A stretch of 64,000 nt of DNA from Eledone cirrhosa (taxonomy: Eukaryota), in contig OZ024741.1 of assembly GCA_964016885.1 (NCBI GenBank), forward strand, positions 306,652,001 through 306,716,000, in the 5' to 3' direction. Within the stretch, counting starts at the first letter, position 1; every line of letters starts with the position of its first letter. The position numbers and the translations under genes were made by a program. Under the pieces are notes generated by a model. It did not search any database, had not been told where the DNA came from, and saw only the letters and a list, made by a program, of their open reading frames with translations. Shown in pieces: positions 1 to 64,000 of the stretch.

Positions 1-1518
1 ACAAAAGGTGTACTGACACAAAATGATTAGCCCCCAAATTTTTTAATTTTTCAACTACAAAATTCTCCCCCCTCCAAATTTTAGCATAACAGAGACAATC
101 TGTACTCCCCTTACTATGTAGGCCTTTGTGTTAAGCTAATCAGGTAGTATGGGGAAATTATTAAGTTAAATTAAATCAAGGCTAAAATTTTGATATATAC
201 AGAGTGAATAACAATTAAAATATACTTGGTATTTAAAATCCCATAGTGGATTATTATAATAATTGTTTTAAATTTGGCACAGGGCCAGCAATTATCCCAG
301 TGTATTACTGGTACTTTATTTTATGGACCCCGTAAGGATGAAAGGCAAAGATAACCTCGGCGGGATTTGAATTCAGTCCGTAAAGGGATATCTAATTAAG
401 ACACAAGACCAGTAAATTTGGGGGGACAGGCAAAATAGATTGAATGAATCTCAATATTTGACTGATTACTTCATTGCATCAAATCCAGGGGTATGAAAGG
501 GAAAGTTACCCTAAGTGATATGTAAACTCAAATCTTCAGAGCAGAACTCATACCGCAATAGCATGTTATTTGATGCTGTATTAATTCTGCCGATCCACTA
601 CACTAATAATTATTATAATAATAGATTTTGTATTACATTACATTACTCTCCATCTAATATTGTATATTCATGGTAAAGGCTTTACCTCACATAATTATCT
701 CACATAAAATCGAATCTACAAGACGTTGATATCATTTATTTTGGAAAAAATACATTAATATCAGTAAGCAGCCAGTTACAGCCAGTTTGAAGAAAAAGTG
801 ATGAGAGAATTCTGGCAGAACATGGCTGATTTAAATGCTAAAGTGTTAAGCATACATATATTATAAATATACCTTCACATGTACAATCAAATAACCAAAT
901 GAATTGTTCTGCAATCTTGGGCATAAATTGAATAGAATATCCTAAAGTTAAAATGTGTAATGGTGGTTACTGACATACAGGAAAGTTGCGATAGACAAAT
1001 GTCCCAAATGACTACGTCCTGTTGTTTAACTAAACTCTTAAGCACTAGGAGCATATCCATACCACAATTCCACTACAAAACCTAGGCAGTTGCTCCATCA
1101 TTCAACATACACGCCTACCATATGTTCATAAACATTACTCTATACACTAAACCCATGATAAAATACACTCAATACACTTTGTAAATTGTAGGAATGTACA
1201 GGATCAAGTTGCTGTCCTCCGCCACTCTGTGAGGACAATGGTCCAATTGTGTGCTGACATGGTCTGTGATAACTCATCTAATCTATGCTAGCATGGAAAA
1301 GTAGATTTTAAATGACAATGACCATGACAGCAATACAACCATCAGATCTTATTCTTAGTTGTATATGAATACATACACTACTCAAACATTTCTTCATTTA
1401 CATACATGCAGACTCTTATGAGAGTGTGTGTGTATGAGTATGTGAGTGTTTATATAACCTGCCAGAGACATATATTTAATTGTTCACTAAAAGTTGATAA
1501 AATAAGGCAAGAACTTAC

Positions 1519-61530
<60,012 letters not shown>

Positions 61531-61799
61531 CTGAAGGAAAAATTTTACATAAAGTCAGTATATTTTTGAAGACATCTCAATATGAATATAAAGACACATA
61601 TAAAAATGAAAAGATTTGATCAGCTTGTCAAGCTTCAAAATATAAGATGAAGAGAAAATAATATGGAAGATATGTCCTAGTTCAAAACAAAAAAAAATAG
61701 ATGCTAACTTTTTTCCAGGGGTAATTTACTTAATTTATTGTTTAAAGTCAATAAGGGTGGTGGATTGGCAGAATCGTTAGAGCATCGGATAAACAGCAC

Positions 61800-64000
61800 A
61801 CCAGCCAGATAGATTTTATCTTAACTAGATGAGTGTCTGTTGTAAAAACTAAGTCCCTCCCCGGTGAAGAATGCACCTCCCAACATAGCCTAATAGTGAC
61901 CTCATAGTCAGGGCTAGACAAACTCGGCGACAGAGGAGAAGAATGTAAAAGTTGAAGGACCCCACAGCCAGTAACACATTTAAAGACATATTACTTGATG
62001 CTTTTGACAGTAAGGAAGAGCAATTAGAGACGTACAATATAAAGGAGCAGTGGGAATTCTTGAAAGTTAACCTGCTGAAGGTGACAGATGAAATCTGTGG
62101 CTGGAGCAGACCTTTAGGGAGGAAGAGAGTAACTTGGTGGTGGAACAGTAGGGTGGAGGAGACAATTAAGGCCAAAATGCATGCTTGGAAAGAATGGCGG
62201 GATGGGGGAAATAGAGAACACTATCTGGTGGCTAGGAGAGAAGCTAGGCAACAAGTGTACTTTGCAAGAAGGGAAGCAGAGGATAAAAAGTTCAAGCATG
62301 TGAGGTCCAAAAACATTCAAGTTAGTGCTAGTATAGTAAGTAAGGCAATCAAAGATATGAAGATAGGCAAGGCAGCTGGGCATTCGGGGATAGTTGAAAG
62401 CATCTGGAATGGTGGGGCATACCATGATAACCCAGATAGTAAACCAAGTAATACAGAATTGTATCATACTAAATGACTGGCATAGCAGCATCATCGTTAA
62501 CTGCTAAAAGGGAAAAGGAGGTGCTCTAGAAAGAGAAAACTATAGCGGCATTAAGTTAGTTGACCAGGTCATGAAGGTCACAGAAAAAGTTATAGCATGG
62601 CTGATTAGGGACAGAATTGATCTAGAAGAAATGCAGTTTGGGTTTGTGCCAGATAAAAGTACCACAGATGCGCTCTTCCTTGTACAGAAACTACAGAAGT
62701 ACCTAGCTGAAAGTAAACCCCTCTACTTAGCTTATGTTGACTTGGAGAAAGCCTTTGACAGAGTCCCCCACTTCCTTATCTGGTGGGCTCTTAGAAAACT
62801 AGGAATAGATGAGTGGCTTATGAAAGCTATACAAGCCATGTATAGAGGAACAGTCAGCAAGGTTAGAATTAACAATGAATATAGTGAAGAATTTAGCATA
62901 AAAGTAGGTGTTCACCAAGACTCCATCCTTAGCCCCATCTTGTTTATTATTGCCCAACAGGCTATATAAGACTGGCTGCCCATGGGAACTTTTATATGCA
63001 AATGATCTAATTCACATAGCTGAATCTATGGCAGAACTAGAGAAGAAATTCCAAAACTGGAAGCATGACCTAGAATCAAAAGGCCTTAAAGTTAACTTGT
63101 CTAAGACTGAAGTTCTAGTATGTAGAAAAAGTTAACTTATCTAAGACTAAAGTTCTAATGTGTAGAAAGGAAAATAGGGCACAGTTTCCCTCTGGGAAAT
63201 GGCCTTGCTCTGTGTGTAGGAAAGGAGTAGGTAGAAATTATATTCTATGTCCCAAATGCAAGCTATAGGTACATAAAAGATGTAGTGGGATCACAGGCAA
63301 GCTATCAAAGAATGTAGGTTTTATATGTGGCCGATGCTCAGGTGCAATAAGTAGCAAGTGCCCACAGGATACTAGCTCTTTCTACTGCCCAGATGGTTCT
63401 ATAGAAATCGTAGACACTTTCTGTTACCTGGGTGACAAAATCAGCAGTGGAGGAGAGTGTTCTGAAAGTACAGTAGCCAGAATAAGAACAGGATGGAAAA
63501 AGTTCAGAGAGCTAATTCCTCTATTGGCCACAAAAGGTTTCTCTCTAAAAATGAAAAGCAGATTGTATGATGCTTGTATATGAACAGCAATGTTACATGG
63601 CAGTGAGATCTGGGCATTGTGTGCAGAGTGGAAAGAAATTAAGCATGTATGCTCCGATGAATGTGCAATAGTAATATACACAAACAGCAAAGCATAAACG
63701 AACTAAGTGAGAAATTAGGCATAAGAGGGATCAGATGCAGTTTACTAGAGAGGAGATTGCATTGGTATGGTCATGGGATGCATATGAAGGACAACAGCAG
63801 TATGAAAAAGTGCAGACGATCAAAATTGATGGCAGCTAGAGTAGGTAGACCCAGAAAAACCTGGGACAAGGTGATAAAAGCTGACCTTGGACACTTGCAC
63901 CTCTCTAAGACAATAACACAGAATGATATCTTTGGCGCTATGCAGTAATACAGAAGACCTGCCTTCCAATGTGCACGGACTTAAACTTACACTCAGTATA
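61800..64000 (+). mobile_element. Longer degenerate RTE copy with internal deletion
   Basis: HRLVVCD-like APE end, TWWWN linker, RT (YVDLEKAFDRV, LLYANDL), zinc finger and WYGH..GRPRKTW; stops and frameshifts. Confidence 0.9.

Overview
AT-rich animal genomic DNA. The SINE and RTE families resemble those of octopus/cephalopods, but that assignment is an inference. The whole window lies inside one large minus-strand gene whose ends are outside the window. I traced 17 exons, all AG/GT-bounded, all phase 1-1, all open, 2,583 nt (861 codons) in total. Each encodes one six-cysteine module, C-x-Y-x-G-x2-Y...F...C-[DN]-x-C-x-C-x3-G-x3-C-x4-C, which is pacifastin-like or half-VWC-like. Seven exons (33.5-61.5 kb) are old and divergent. 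Ten (1.5-30.4 kb) sit in a young tandem array of ~2.3-kb exon+intron units. The introns hold a decayed Gypsy LTR element duplicated with one exon, a decayed Rep/Hel Helitron, a non-autonomous Helitron, several RTE-clade LINEs with a PHD-like finger, a hAT-type MITE, tRNA-derived SINEs, Penelope-like ends with a hammerhead-ribozyme motif, and microsatellites. All coordinates and counts were done by eye.
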